64,000 nucleotides of DNA from Flavicella sediminum (GTDB lineage Bacteria; Bacteroidota; Bacteroidia; Flavobacteriales; Flavobacteriaceae), in assembly GCF_006381105.1 (NCBI RefSeq), contig NZ_VDET01000002.1, positions 965,578 to 1,029,577 on the forward strand, in the 5' to 3' direction. The notes below the pieces were generated by a model. It ran no database searches. It was not told where the DNA came from and saw only the letters and a list, made by a program, of their open reading frames with translations. A program made the translations under genes and the position numbers. Positions 30,953 to 40,807 of the stretch are shown one piece after another; the first letter of the stretch is position 1; every line of letters starts with the position of its first letter.

Positions 30953-33049
30953 ATGAATTTAACTATGATTTCCCTTTCACTAACAGACATTGCCTCTTCC
31001 ATGATTGGAATTGCCATTGGCGGACTAGCAGGACTGGTATTACTATTCGTGCTTTTTGTAGCCATGTTCTACAAAAAAATTCCTCAAGGGGAAGCTATTA
31101 TCAAAACAGGTTTCGGAGGAACGCATGTAGCATTTGACAAAGGAATGTATGTTATTCCTGTTCTTCATAAAGTGGAAATCATGGACATTTCCGTAAAAAA
31201 GATTGAAGTCGAGCGTATGTTAGAAGATGGTCTTATTTGTAAAGACAATATGCGAGCAGACATAAAAGTAGCTTTCTTTGTAAGAGTAAACAAATCGAAA
31301 GATGCTATTATAGAAGTAGCTCAAACCATTGGTTGCGAAAGAGCTTCTGCAGAAGAAACTTTGTACGAATTGTTCGAAGCAAAATTTTCTGAAGCCTTAA
31401 AAACCGTTGGTAAAAAATTCATGTTTACAGAATTGTACGAAGCTCGTAGAGAATTTAGAGATGAAATTATCAACATTATTGGTACCGATTTAAACGGCTA
31501 CACACTGGAAGACTGTGCGATTGATTACCTGGAACAAACTCCGATTAAATACTTAAAAGCAGATAATATTTTAGATGCGGAGGGGATTAAAAAAATCACA
31601 GAGCTTACAGCAATTCAAAACATGAAGTCTAACTTGATCAAACGTGATGAAGAAAAAGTCATTCGCAAACAAGATGTAGAAGCACGTGAAGCAATTTTAG
31701 AATTAGACAAACAATTGGCTGAAAAAGAAGAGCAACAAAAAAGAGAAATTGCCAATATAAAAGCCAGAGAAGGAGCTGAAATTGCTAAAGTTGGTGAAGA
31801 AGAACGTTTAAAATCTGAAACAGCCAGAATTGCTACAGAAGAAAAAGTAAAAATTGCAGAAGAAAACAAAGACCGTCAAATTATTGTTGCTGCTAAAAAC
31901 AAAGAACGTACGGAAGTTGTTGAAACGGAAAGAGTATTAAAAGACCAACAACTAGAGGCTACTGAAAGAGTAAAAGTTGTGGCACTTGCCGATATTGAAA
32001 AAGAGAAAGCCGTTGAAGTGGAGAAAAAGAACATTCAAGATGTTATTCGCGAACGTGTTGCCTTAGAAAAAGGTGTGGTAGAAGAACAAGAATTAACAAA
32101 AGATATTGAAGCATTTAAAACAGCAGATCGTGACAAACAAGTAGCGATTACCATTGCCGAACAAGATGCCGAAGCTCAATTGATTAGAATTACCAAAGCT
32201 GCCGAAGCGCAAAAAGAAGCTGCCAAACAAAAAGCAGAAGAAATCAACATTGACGCACAGGCCAAAAAAGAAGCTTCGACTAAAGAAGCGGAAGCTAGAA
32301 AAATATTAGCCGATGCTCAAGCCAAAGAAGAAGCAACCATCGGTCTTTCTGAAGCACAAGTACTGCATGCCAAAGCAGATGCTCACGAACGTGAAGGAAT
32401 TGTAGAAGCAAGCATTATTGAAAAAACCGCACTTGCCGAAGCTGTAGGAATTGAAGCAAAAGCAGAAGCTGTTAAAAAACAAGGTTTAGCTGAAGCTGAA
32501 GTTATTAGAGAAAAAGCCATTGCAGATGCTGCCGGTATTGAAGAAAAAGCAGAAGCAATGAAAAAACTTGATGGTGTTGGAAAAGACCACGAAGAGTTTA
32601 AACTAAGACTGGATAAAGAATTACAAGTAGACTTAGCTGAAATAAACATCCAAAAAGAAATTGCAGATGCACAAGCTGACGTAATTGGAGAAGCATTGAA
32701 AGCTGCAAATATTGATATTGTTGGTGGTGAAACAATGTTCTTCGATCAAATTATTGGGCAAATTACACGCTCTAAAGGTATCGACAGATTGGTCAATCAT
32801 TCTGAAAACATCACCGAAGTAAAAGATGCTATCTTAGGTTCTAACGACGTAAAAGGAAATCTATTAGAAAAAGTAAAAGGTTTTGCTCAAGACTACGGAA
32901 TTGGCTCTGAGGATATCAAAAACTTAACAATCTCTAGCTTATTATTGAAACTTCAAGGTGAAGCAGACTCTAACGATCAAAGAAATTTATTTTCTAATCT
33001 ATCCAACCTTTCCAAAGCACTTGGCTTAAGTGATAAGAAATTAAGTTAA
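30953..33049 (+). CDS. Flotillin (SPFH/band-7) family protein with an extended Glu/Ala-rich coiled-coil tail
   Basis: 698 aa. N-terminal TM anchor. SPFH core (KTGFGGTHVAFDKGMYVIPVLHKVEIMDISVKKIEV). About 350 aa of EA-repeat coiled coil with internal near-duplications: AEAVGIEAKAEAVKK / ADAAGIEEKAEAMKK. Confidence 0.85.
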   Translation: MNLTMISLSLTDIASSMIGIAIGGLAGLVLLFVLFVAMFYKKIPQGEAIIKTGFGGTHVAFDKGMYVIPVLHKVEIMDISVKKIEVERMLEDGLICKDNMRADIKVAFFVRVNKSKDAIIEVAQTIGCERASAEETLYELFEAKFSEALKTVGKKFMFTELYEARREFRDEIINIIGTDLNGYTLEDCAIDYLEQTPIKYLKADNILDAEGIKKITELTAIQNMKSNLIKRDEEKVIRKQDVEAREAILELDKQLAEKEEQQKREIANIKAREGAEIAKVGEEERLKSETARIATEEKVKIAEENKDRQIIVAAKNKERTEVVETERVLKDQQLEATERVKVVALADIEKEKAVEVEKKNIQDVIRERVALEKGVVEEQELTKDIEAFKTADRDKQVAITIAEQDAEAQLIRITKAAEAQKEAAKQKAEEINIDAQAKKEASTKEAEARKILADAQAKEEATIGLSEAQVLHAKADAHEREGIVEASIIEKTALAEAVGIEAKAEAVKKQGLAEAEVIREKAIADAAGIEEKAEAMKKLDGVGKDHEEFKLRLDKELQVDLAEINIQKEIADAQADVIGEALKAANIDIVGGETMFFDQIIGQITRSKGIDRLVNHSENITEVKDAILGSNDVKGNLLEKVKGFAQDYGIGSEDIKNLTISSLLLKLQGEADSNDQRNLFSNLSNLSKALGLSDKKLS

Positions 33050-33062
33050 AAATACAAACTGC

Positions 33063-33095
33063 TCTATGCTTCCTTAAAACATAGAGCAGTTATTC
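33063..33095 (+). terminator. Perfect 10-bp stem-loop after the flotillin gene; possible partial terminator or attenuator
   Basis: CTGCTCTATG-cttccttaaaa-CATAGAGCAG followed by a moderately T-rich tract. Lies in the 256-bp gap before the giant ORF. Confidence 0.4.
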
Positions 33096-33305
33096 TATAA
33101 AATCATTATTCGTCAATTGGCTACCGACCAAAAACAACACTTTTATCAAAGTCATTAACTATAGACTTCAAAACACATAGTTCTGGGGCGTCCATTAGAA
33201 ATTCTCGAAGAAACAAAAACTGTCCATTTGAATAATTTCAAAACATAAAGACCTCACAAAGAGCATAAAAAAACTGCTACAAGGAATAAAGAAGACCGCA
33301 ACAAA

Positions 33306-36300
33306 ATGAAAAAAAACGCTATAACACTTGAAGGAGGAACTTATGAAATCATCCAAAACAGACTGCAAAATCATAAAAGTGACTTGGTGGAACGTTTGCA
33401 AGTTTTAAACACCGACAGAAAAGACATTTTTGGAGCCGTTGAAACCAAATTAATTGCGAATGACAGAATAAACACCGAGAATTCTTGTATTGCCAGAGAT
33501 ATAGTTTCTTTTGGGAATATTTGTTTATTTGGATACAATGTCCATTTTGGTTTGCGTTCAGAAATAAAATTAGCCGATGTATTCAGTGTTTATAAATTTC
33601 ATGAAAACAGATTTCAGCTACAAGACTTAACTTTTATCAACCAAGAAGCATTTGTCACTGATTTTAAAAATTTATACAAATACTATAGAAATACTTTTTT
33701 CACAAAATTCATGCTTACCGAGCAATACCTATACATGGTATTTCAAATTGGTGAAGAAATCAGCGATATCAAAGCTTTTAAATGGCTGGTAAAAAACAAC
33801 CAAATAAGCTACATCGACAATAGAAGTGATCATGAATACAAATTCCCTAACCAACACGAATTTAATTGGCAGGAAGTTAATTATGACAATTTCAGAAAAG
33901 GCGCACATCCTCATGTTTCTATTTTAGACAAGGTTTTTGTTGAAACTATTGGCGGTGATTTAACCATTAAAATAGAAGACAATTCTCAATCGGGCTTAGG
34001 AATTTATGCCGAACCTGTTGATAACAAAGACCAGACTTTAGATGACGGACAGTACAGATATGCCGACTTAGGTAACTTGACGGTTTTAGAAATTACACCT
34101 TACCTAGAGGAAGCACGTTATTTTGTGTACAACCATAAAGTACAAGAGGTAGCCCGAATTCAAAGCATAAAAGATACCGCAGTATTGTTGCCAGACGACC
34201 AAGGATTAATTTTTCCGGAAGGTTATTATTTACAGACAGGTACATTAAAAAAATTCGACAGAACTGTCAACAACGTAAAATTTCAGAAAAAAGTAGCCTC
34301 TCCTAATGGAGAAGATTTCTTATATGTTTTTTATGAAGAAACAGCTGGAGATTATGTGCTAATGCACTACAATATTATTGAGCAAAATATTCACCCACCC
34401 ATAATTTGCAACGGTTTTACACTTTTAGAAAACGGAGAACTCTCCTATTTTAAATCGGAAAATGAAGCGAATAAACATCATGTTATTCAAATTTGGCAAA
34501 CGCCATTTTCCAAAAAAATTAAATCCAATCCTGCCCATAGCGATTCACTTTTATACAAAATTGGAAACAAAGACATTGTAAAGGCCATGGCGGAATGCCA
34601 GGAACTAATTACACTTCTAAACAAAGAAGATAATTATGATGGTTTGTACAACGACATCGCCAAACAAAGCATTGATATAGTCGATTCTTATTATTGGATT
34701 TCAGAAAAAGAAACATCCAACTTAAGCGAACCCCTTACAGAAATAAACAGCACGGCAAATTCTGCCATTGATGAATTTGAGAAAGTAGTTCAGTTAAAGA
34801 AAATCGCCGCAGAGGTCACTGAAAATTTAGAAGCCGAAATTCAGAAACTTTTTGACAACATTAAACACAGCACCTTTAATTCTATTGATGATTTTGTTCA
34901 ACTTTTAACCCGATTAAGAGGCTCTCAAGGAAATTCAATTTCGCTAAAAGAAACACGCTATATAAACATAGAGCGCTTAGACGAAATCAATGAAACTATA
35001 AAGGAAGAAACGGAACGAATTTCAAGAAGATGTATTACTTTTTTACTGAATAAAAAGGCTTTAGACCCCTATCAAAAAAGAATTCAAGAGAAAAATAAAG
35101 TCTTAACCGAGTTAACAAAAGTAATTGAAGGAAAAGACTTAGAAGCAAGCATCAATCAGATAAGTGCCGACCTTGAATTACTAATAGATATTGTCAATAA
35201 TTTAGATATTGAAGACACCTCACATTCCACCACTATAATTGATAATATTTCTTTATTATTTGCAGAAATAAATCAATTAAAAGCAGGTGTAAAAAGAAAA
35301 GTTCAAAGCTTAAATGCCAAAGAAAGCAAAGCTGATTTTATTGCCCAATTAAAATTATTTGACCAAAGTATCATCAATTTTATTGATATAGCCAACACTC
35401 CTGAAAAATGTGAAGAATACCTTACCAAACTTTCGGTACAACTGGAAGAATTGGAAGGGAAATTTGCCGATTTCGATGAATACATTACAGAAATCATCAA
35501 CAAAAGAGAGGAAGTTTATAGCGCTTTTGAAAACAGAAAAAACACCTTAGTTGAAGCCAGAAACAAAAAAGGAATCGCCCTTCAAAATGCTTCTGAAAGA
35601 ATTTTAAAAAGCATTCATAAAAAAGCGGCAACTTTTAAAACAGAAGAAGAAATCCACGGTTATTTTGCTTCCGATATTATGGTGAATAAATTGCACAATA
35701 TTATTGAGCAATTACAAGAGCTAGAGGAAACAGGAAAAGCAGAAACCCTGCAAACCAATTTAAAATCGGCAAAAGAAGAGGTTCTTAGAAAATTAAAAGA
35801 CAGCTTAGATTTATACGAAGATGGCGATTCTGTCATCAAACTAGGAAAGCACAAATTTGGTGTTAACAAACAAGCCCTAGACTTAAATATTGTCAATAAA
35901 AACGGAGACTTATTTTTCCATTTGTCAGGAACCGATTTTCATGAAAAAATTGAAAATGAAGTTTTAAACTTATCCAAAGATATATGGAATCAAGATTTGA
36001 TTTCTGAAAATGAACATGTTTATCGATCTGAATTTTTAGCTTATAAAATATATCAAAAATACCCCCTTGCTTTCTTACTAGAAAAAACGACTGAAAACCT
36101 TGTGGAGCTAGTCAAACAAGAAAGCAGTGAAAACTATTCTGAAGGCTATGTAAAAGGTGTACACGATTTAGATGCGGCAGTCATTTTAAAACTTCTTATT
36201 CAAACAGAAAACGATTTACAATTATTGCGATTTACTCCAGTTACAAGGGCCAATGCGCAATTGTTTTGGAATCAATTAGAAAACGAAACAAAACAAGCTT

Positions 36301-38120
36301 TAAACCATAAAATAAAAGCAACAGGTGCAATTTTAAACATCTTTCCAGCATCCAAAGAATACCAAAGTTGTTTAGAAGCTATTTTAGATTTATTGCCAAG
36401 AAAAGAAAATTCTATTGCCAATTACCTATTTCAAGAAATAAAACAAAACGATCATTTTATTGTAAGTCAACAAGCCTTTGACTTAAAAACTGAATTTGTC
36501 AACTTTTTAAAAACAAAAGAAGTCTGGTCTAATTTTGAAAAATCATTGAATAATTTTACATCAGTCACCGACAGACTAGAATTGTGTACCCAATGGTTAA
36601 AATCGTATTGCAATACAACAGCTAGCAACTATGAATTTTACATTGCAGAAAGCGTTGTGCTGTTATTATTTAACAACCTACAACTACCTTATACTGCAAA
36701 TGAAACCCTGGAATCAAAAGAATTAAGAGGAGCACATTCACAAATTGTAGACGGCCTATACAGCTTTAACTATTTCGACTTTATTACTCGATTGTCAGAA
36801 TTTAACAACACTGTTGTAAAGCGATTTACAGACTACAAAGAGACTAAAAAAGAAATCATAGCAAACAAAAAAAGAAAATTAAAACTGAATGAGTTCAAAC
36901 CAAAAGTGCTTTCTTCTTTTGTTAGAAATAAATTGATCAATCAGGTTTACTTACCTCTTTTTGGAGATAACTTATCAAAACAATTGGGAACTGTTGGTCA
37001 CAACAAACGTACCGACCGTATGGGAATGCTATTGCTGATATCTCCACCAGGATATGGAAAAACAACCTTAATGGAATATATTTCAGAAAGATTGGGCTTG
37101 GTGTTTATGAAAATAAACGGTCCTGCTATCGGACATGAAATTACATCTGTAGACCCAATGGCAGCGAATAATTCTGCCACCAAACAGGAATTGGAAAAAC
37201 TAAATCTTGCTTTTGAAATGGGAAACAATGTGATGTTGTACCTAGATGATATTCAACATTGCAACCCAGAGTTTTTACAAAAATTTATATCGCTTGCAGA
37301 TGGACAGCGAAAAATAGAAGGCGTTTACAAAGGGGAAACAAAAACCTACGATTTTAAGGATAAAAAATTCTGTGTAATCATGGCCGGAAACCCTTATACA
37401 GAAAGCGGTGATAAATTCCGAATTCCAGATATGTTAACCAACCGTGCAGATATTTACAATTTAGGAGATGAAATTGGAGAAACGGAAAACTTATTCAAAT
37501 TAAGTTTGATAGAAAATGCACTGACATCCAACGATACTTTACGTCAATTAAGCAGTAAAAATTTCGATGATCTTTATACTTTAATAAACCATATTGAACA
37601 AAAAAGTACAGAAAGTATTGATTTAAAAGGAAACCATTCGCCACAAGAAATTAACGATTATATTTCTGTTTTAGAAAAAGTAATTAGCCTAAGAAACACG
37701 GTAGTAAAAGTAAATGAACAGTATATAAAATCTGCGGCAACAGAAGACGCCTACCGAACTGAACCAGCATTTAAACTACAAGGATCGTATAGAGACATGG
37801 GAAAATTGACGTCTAAAATTGTTCCTATTATGAATGCCAATGAGCTAGACAGTTTGTTATTGAGTCACTATGAAAGTGAATCACAAACACTAACCTCAGC
37901 AGCAGAAGCCAATTTATTAAAATACAAGGAAATGACTTCTTCTTTAACAAATGAAGAAGCCCTAAGATGGGAAAATATTAAAGAAACCTTTGTAAAAAAC
38001 AACAAGTTAAAAGGTTTTGGAAATCAAAATGAAATGGCACAGGTTTTACAACAACTGATGGATTTTTCTGAAAATTTAGAAGGCATCAAAGATGTTCTAA
38101 AAAACGGATTTGAAAAGTAA
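33306..38120 (+). CDS. Giant (1604-aa) cytoplasmic protein of unknown function with a C-terminal AAA+/P-loop NTPase module
   Basis: Uninterrupted ORF with no signal peptide or TM segment. Walker A LLLISPPGYGKTTL (nt 37026-37070). Walker B VMLYLDDIQ (nt 37230-37256). Sensor-1-like CVIMAGNPYT (nt 37371-37400). The first ~1200 aa have no motif I recognise; the central part is E/K/L/I-rich and looks helical or coiled-coil. Confidence 0.7.
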   Translation: MKKNAITLEGGTYEIIQNRLQNHKSDLVERLQVLNTDRKDIFGAVETKLIANDRINTENSCIARDIVSFGNICLFGYNVHFGLRSEIKLADVFSVYKFHENRFQLQDLTFINQEAFVTDFKNLYKYYRNTFFTKFMLTEQYLYMVFQIGEEISDIKAFKWLVKNNQISYIDNRSDHEYKFPNQHEFNWQEVNYDNFRKGAHPHVSILDKVFVETIGGDLTIKIEDNSQSGLGIYAEPVDNKDQTLDDGQYRYADLGNLTVLEITPYLEEARYFVYNHKVQEVARIQSIKDTAVLLPDDQGLIFPEGYYLQTGTLKKFDRTVNNVKFQKKVASPNGEDFLYVFYEETAGDYVLMHYNIIEQNIHPPIICNGFTLLENGELSYFKSENEANKHHVIQIWQTPFSKKIKSNPAHSDSLLYKIGNKDIVKAMAECQELITLLNKEDNYDGLYNDIAKQSIDIVDSYYWISEKETSNLSEPLTEINSTANSAIDEFEKVVQLKKIAAEVTENLEAEIQKLFDNIKHSTFNSIDDFVQLLTRLRGSQGNSISLKETRYINIERLDEINETIKEETERISRRCITFLLNKKALDPYQKRIQEKNKVLTELTKVIEGKDLEASINQISADLELLIDIVNNLDIEDTSHSTTIIDNISLLFAEINQLKAGVKRKVQSLNAKESKADFIAQLKLFDQSIINFIDIANTPEKCEEYLTKLSVQLEELEGKFADFDEYITEIINKREEVYSAFENRKNTLVEARNKKGIALQNASERILKSIHKKAATFKTEEEIHGYFASDIMVNKLHNIIEQLQELEETGKAETLQTNLKSAKEEVLRKLKDSLDLYEDGDSVIKLGKHKFGVNKQALDLNIVNKNGDLFFHLSGTDFHEKIENEVLNLSKDIWNQDLISENEHVYRSEFLAYKIYQKYPLAFLLEKTTENLVELVKQESSENYSEGYVKGVHDLDAAVILKLLIQTENDLQLLRFTPVTRANAQLFWNQLENETKQALNHKIKATGAILNIFPASKEYQSCLEAILDLLPRKENSIANYLFQEIKQNDHFIVSQQAFDLKTEFVNFLKTKEVWSNFEKSLNNFTSVTDRLELCTQWLKSYCNTTASNYEFYIAESVVLLLFNNLQLPYTANETLESKELRGAHSQIVDGLYSFNYFDFITRLSEFNNTVVKRFTDYKETKKEIIANKKRKLKLNEFKPKVLSSFVRNKLINQVYLPLFGDNLSKQLGTVGHNKRTDRMGMLLLISPPGYGKTTLMEYISERLGLVFMKINGPAIGHEITSVDPMAANNSATKQELEKLNLAFEMGNNVMLYLDDIQHCNPEFLQKFISLADGQRKIEGVYKGETKTYDFKDKKFCVIMAGNPYTESGDKFRIPDMLTNRADIYNLGDEIGETENLFKLSLIENALTSNDTLRQLSSKNFDDLYTLINHIEQKSTESIDLKGNHSPQEINDYISVLEKVISLRNTVVKVNEQYIKSAATEDAYRTEPAFKLQGSYRDMGKLTSKIVPIMNANELDSLLLSHYESESQTLTSAAEANLLKYKEMTSSLTNEEALRWENIKETFVKNNKLKGFGNQNEMAQVLQQLMDFSENLEGIKDVLKNGFEK

Positions 38121-38532
38121 TCGTATGCAAATTAAATCGCCAGCCAGCTTCTTTAATTACTATAAAGATTGTTACAAGTTAGACTATAAATACATTGAAA
38201 AACTAGAAAACAAACTATTTTATCGACCTTATTGGGTATCCTGGCCAATTTAATAACGCTTTTACTACAGAACGTTACAAAACCTTTGCTCGAGTTGGAA
38301 TAAGCACCATACCTTTACATTACCGATTTTGGAATGAAAACAAAACACAAGCAAAACAAAAACTAATACATCTCATAAATAAATAAATAAAGTACAAGTA
38401 TTAATTATACACCCCATCAATTTCAATTGAAGGTTAAGTACAACAAAAGAATAAAATAAAGTCTCGACTCCGCTCGACCTGACATAGAAACAAATTTGAT
38501 AATTATTATCAACTACTAAAAAGAAAACACAC

Positions 38533-39084
38533 ATGGGAATATTTGATTTTTTCAAGAAAAAAGAAAAAGAAAGACATTTTGATCCGACCAACATTACTGT
38601 AAGAGACTTAGGCAAAGGATACATTTTTGAATACATAATAGAAACTTGGACCGTTACCGCTTTGTTTGAATACGACTGGGGCGACAATTATTTTACCCGA
38701 GAGTTTATCATTAAAAACGGTACTATTGAAAAGTATTTAGAACTTGAGGATGATGGTGGCTTGGTTGTTACCATTTCCGAAAAAGTAAAACTGAGAAAAT
38801 TAGGTGACGAGGTGTGTGATTATATAGACAAACACGAAAAACCGCCTAAAAAAATAAACTTCGAAGGCGTTCAATATTTCCTTGATGAAAAATCTCCTGG
38901 CTTCTCTAAAGAAATTGATGCTGCCAACTGGGAAGAACTTATTTCCTACGACTACCTAGACAAAGAAGAAGAAAAAACACTTTGCATAGTTCAGTATGGC
39001 GACGAAGAATTTGAAGTAAGCAAAGGAACGATTATTAGTGAACTGGCTATTTCTAATATATTACCTGTGGCAGACAATTATTAG
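38533..39084 (+). CDS. DUF4178-like (B. subtilis YdjI-like) protein
   Basis: 183 aa, soluble and acidic, with conserved aromatic and acidic blocks (YDWGDNYF, FEGVQYF, CIVQYGDEEFEV). Family assigned from memory. YdjI is encoded in the B. subtilis pspA-ydjGHI operon. Confidence 0.5.
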   Translation: MGIFDFFKKKEKERHFDPTNITVRDLGKGYIFEYIIETWTVTALFEYDWGDNYFTREFIIKNGTIEKYLELEDDGGLVVTISEKVKLRKLGDEVCDYIDKHEKPPKKINFEGVQYFLDEKSPGFSKEIDAANWEELISYDYLDKEEEKTLCIVQYGDEEFEVSKGTIISELAISNILPVADNY

Positions 39085-39121
39085 TCTTCAAAACTCTAAC
39101 TTTGATTTTAAATTAATTCGA

Positions 39122-39919
39122 ATGAAAACACTCAAAACACTACTCTTCACAAGCGTACTACTTCTCGTAATTTCTTGCGGAAAAGAAGTCCGTAAAAAGT
39201 ATCTTAAATCGCCTTTAGACAACATCATCACTACATATATTGATGTACAAAACTACAGCGTTATCCTAGCGGATATGGATTATAAAGAGGCTACCGACAA
39301 GTATTTTCACAAGTACAAAATCATACTAGAAAAAAACAATGCTACAAAATCTACCGAAGATGATTTTGACATAACTACAACAGATTGGAAGGAAGTTTCT
39401 GCCATTACTTTTGAAGAGCACCAGCAAGATTTAGGAATGACCGTACTTTCTAAAAAAGACGGTGTGTTAGACAAAAAAGCAACACCCGCTGGCTACAACA
39501 ACTATGTAGGTAACAACAAATACGGAAACTGGCAAAGACAAAGCAACGGTACTTCTTTTTGGGTATTTTATGGGCAATACCATTTTATGAGATCTATGTT
39601 CTATGGTTCTAGCCATAGGTACTACAGAAATGATTATGATTATTACAGAACCAACCATTACGGAAGAAGTAATTACTATGGTAGAACTAATAATTTTGGA
39701 ACCTCTACGTATAAAAACACAAGTTCTAGCTGGACTGCCAAACCCAAAACATTTAAAGACAAGGTAAGAAGCAATGTAAAAAGAAGTTCTTCCGCTCTAA
39801 AATCAAAAGGGTACAGCTCTAGTAAAAGTTACAAAAGCTCAAACCAAACAACAAGAAACACAAACAGATACAGCAGCTCAAGTTCTTCACGCTCTCGTAG
39901 TGGCGGATTTGGTAAATAA
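39122..39919 (+). CDS. Lipoprotein with a Tyr/Arg/Ser/Asn/Gly-rich low-complexity C-terminal half
   Basis: Start at the ATG at 39122 (MKTLKTLLFTSVLLLVISCGKE, signal peptide plus lipobox Cys). The track ORF begins upstream at 39038. C-terminus reads ...YYRNDYDYYRTNHYGRSNYYGRTNNFG...SSSSSSRSRSGGFGK. Confidence 0.5.
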   Translation: MKTLKTLLFTSVLLLVISCGKEVRKKYLKSPLDNIITTYIDVQNYSVILADMDYKEATDKYFHKYKIILEKNNATKSTEDDFDITTTDWKEVSAITFEEHQQDLGMTVLSKKDGVLDKKATPAGYNNYVGNNKYGNWQRQSNGTSFWVFYGQYHFMRSMFYGSSHRYYRNDYDYYRTNHYGRSNYYGRTNNFGTSTYKNTSSSWTAKPKTFKDKVRSNVKRSSSALKSKGYSSSKSYKSSNQTTRNTNRYSSSSSSRSRSGGFGK

Positions 39920-39937
39920 TATAAAAGCTAGAAAAAC

Positions 39938-40807
39938 ATGGACAAATACATCAATATTATCGAGTTATCACATTCCCTTGGATACATCGTCAGCGGCTTT
40001 ATCATTTTTATCATTGGAAAAATTGCCTACAAATTACTTCACCCAAATATCAACATTCAACACGAACTAGTTGAAAAAGATAATTTTGCTTTTATCCTTT
40101 CGTATGTCGGTTATTTTGCCGCTTTAATAACAGCCATTGGTGGCGCTATTGTTGGCGAAAGTTATGATTTTGTAACTGACATCCTGCATATTTTTATGTA
40201 CGGAGGTATCGCTATTGTATTGTTATTATTGGCCGCATGGATTAGCAATAAAGTTATTCTAAATAAATTCGATCTTAAAAAAGAAATTATTACAGATAAA
40301 AACGAAGGTTCAGGAGTTATTGAAGCGGCTATTTATATGGCAAACGGACTTATTTTATACGGTGCTTTGGTGGGCGAATCTGAAACTTTAGTAGAAGGAA
40401 TTACCACTTTTATTATTTATTGGCTGATTGGAAATACAGTTCTTATTCTAGCTTCCAAACTATTTATTACTTGGATGAGCTACGACATTCATGCTGAAGT
40501 AGAAAAAGACAATGTAGCGGCTGGAATTAGTTTTTCTGGGGCTATACTCGCTATAGGAATTATTACCATGAATGCTATTTTAGATCCTTTTATTGATTGG
40601 ACTACAACAATTATAGACATCAGTTTGCAAACAATACTAGGTTGTTTACTACTGCCTATTATGCGTGTTTTTGCAGATAAAATTTTATTACCTGGAAGAA
40701 AACTTACCGATGAAATTATCAACCAAGAAAAACCAAATATTGGTGCCGGTTTGATTGAAGCCTTCGCCTATATCGCTTCTGCAATATTAATTACATGGAG
40801 TATCTAA
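39938..40807 (+). CDS. DUF350-like (E. coli YjfL-like) polytopic membrane protein with a repeated unit
   Basis: 289 aa. Four copies of an [ED]K[DPN]N-plus-hydrophobic-helix unit: EKDNFAFILSYVGYFAALITAIGG, DKNEGSGVIEAAIYMANGLILYG, EKDNVAAGISFSGAILAIGIITMN, EKPNIGAGLIEAFAYIASAILITW. Stop overlaps the next gene by 13 bp. Confidence 0.6.
   Translation: MDKYINIIELSHSLGYIVSGFIIFIIGKIAYKLLHPNINIQHELVEKDNFAFILSYVGYFAALITAIGGAIVGESYDFVTDILHIFMYGGIAIVLLLLAAWISNKVILNKFDLKKEIITDKNEGSGVIEAAIYMANGLILYGALVGESETLVEGITTFIIYWLIGNTVLILASKLFITWMSYDIHAEVEKDNVAAGISFSGAILAIGIITMNAILDPFIDWTTTIIDISLQTILGCLLLPIMRVFADKILLPGRKLTDEIINQEKPNIGAGLIEAFAYIASAILITWSI

Noticed and set aside
32150-32600. Tandem-repeat-like nucleotide periodicity, considered as a possible CRISPR or repeat array
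   Set aside because: The periodicity is explained by the in-frame Glu/Ala heptad repeats of the flotillin tail. There are no spacer/repeat units or cas genes. No CRISPR is present anywhere in the window.
31615-32649. Two Ala/Ser-rich minus-strand ORFs (31615-31869 and 32383-32649)
   Set aside because: They are antisense to the flotillin Glu/Ala coiled-coil repeats (GAA/GCT-rich), a typical artefact.
33306-38120. Giant ATPase as a stand-alone phage-defence or DNA-repair ATPase (alternative to the PspA-remodeller idea)
   Set aside because: Not excluded, but I judge it less likely. Both flanks carry PspA-associated families. Composition matches the neighbours. No nuclease, methylase or integrase genes accompany it. 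It is kept as the alternative hypothesis in the finding.
38373-38687. 104-aa minus-strand ORF spanning the spacer and the DUF4178 start
   Set aside because: It overlaps the start of a well-supported + strand gene and runs through an A/T-rich spacer. Its composition is hydrophobic and low-complexity.
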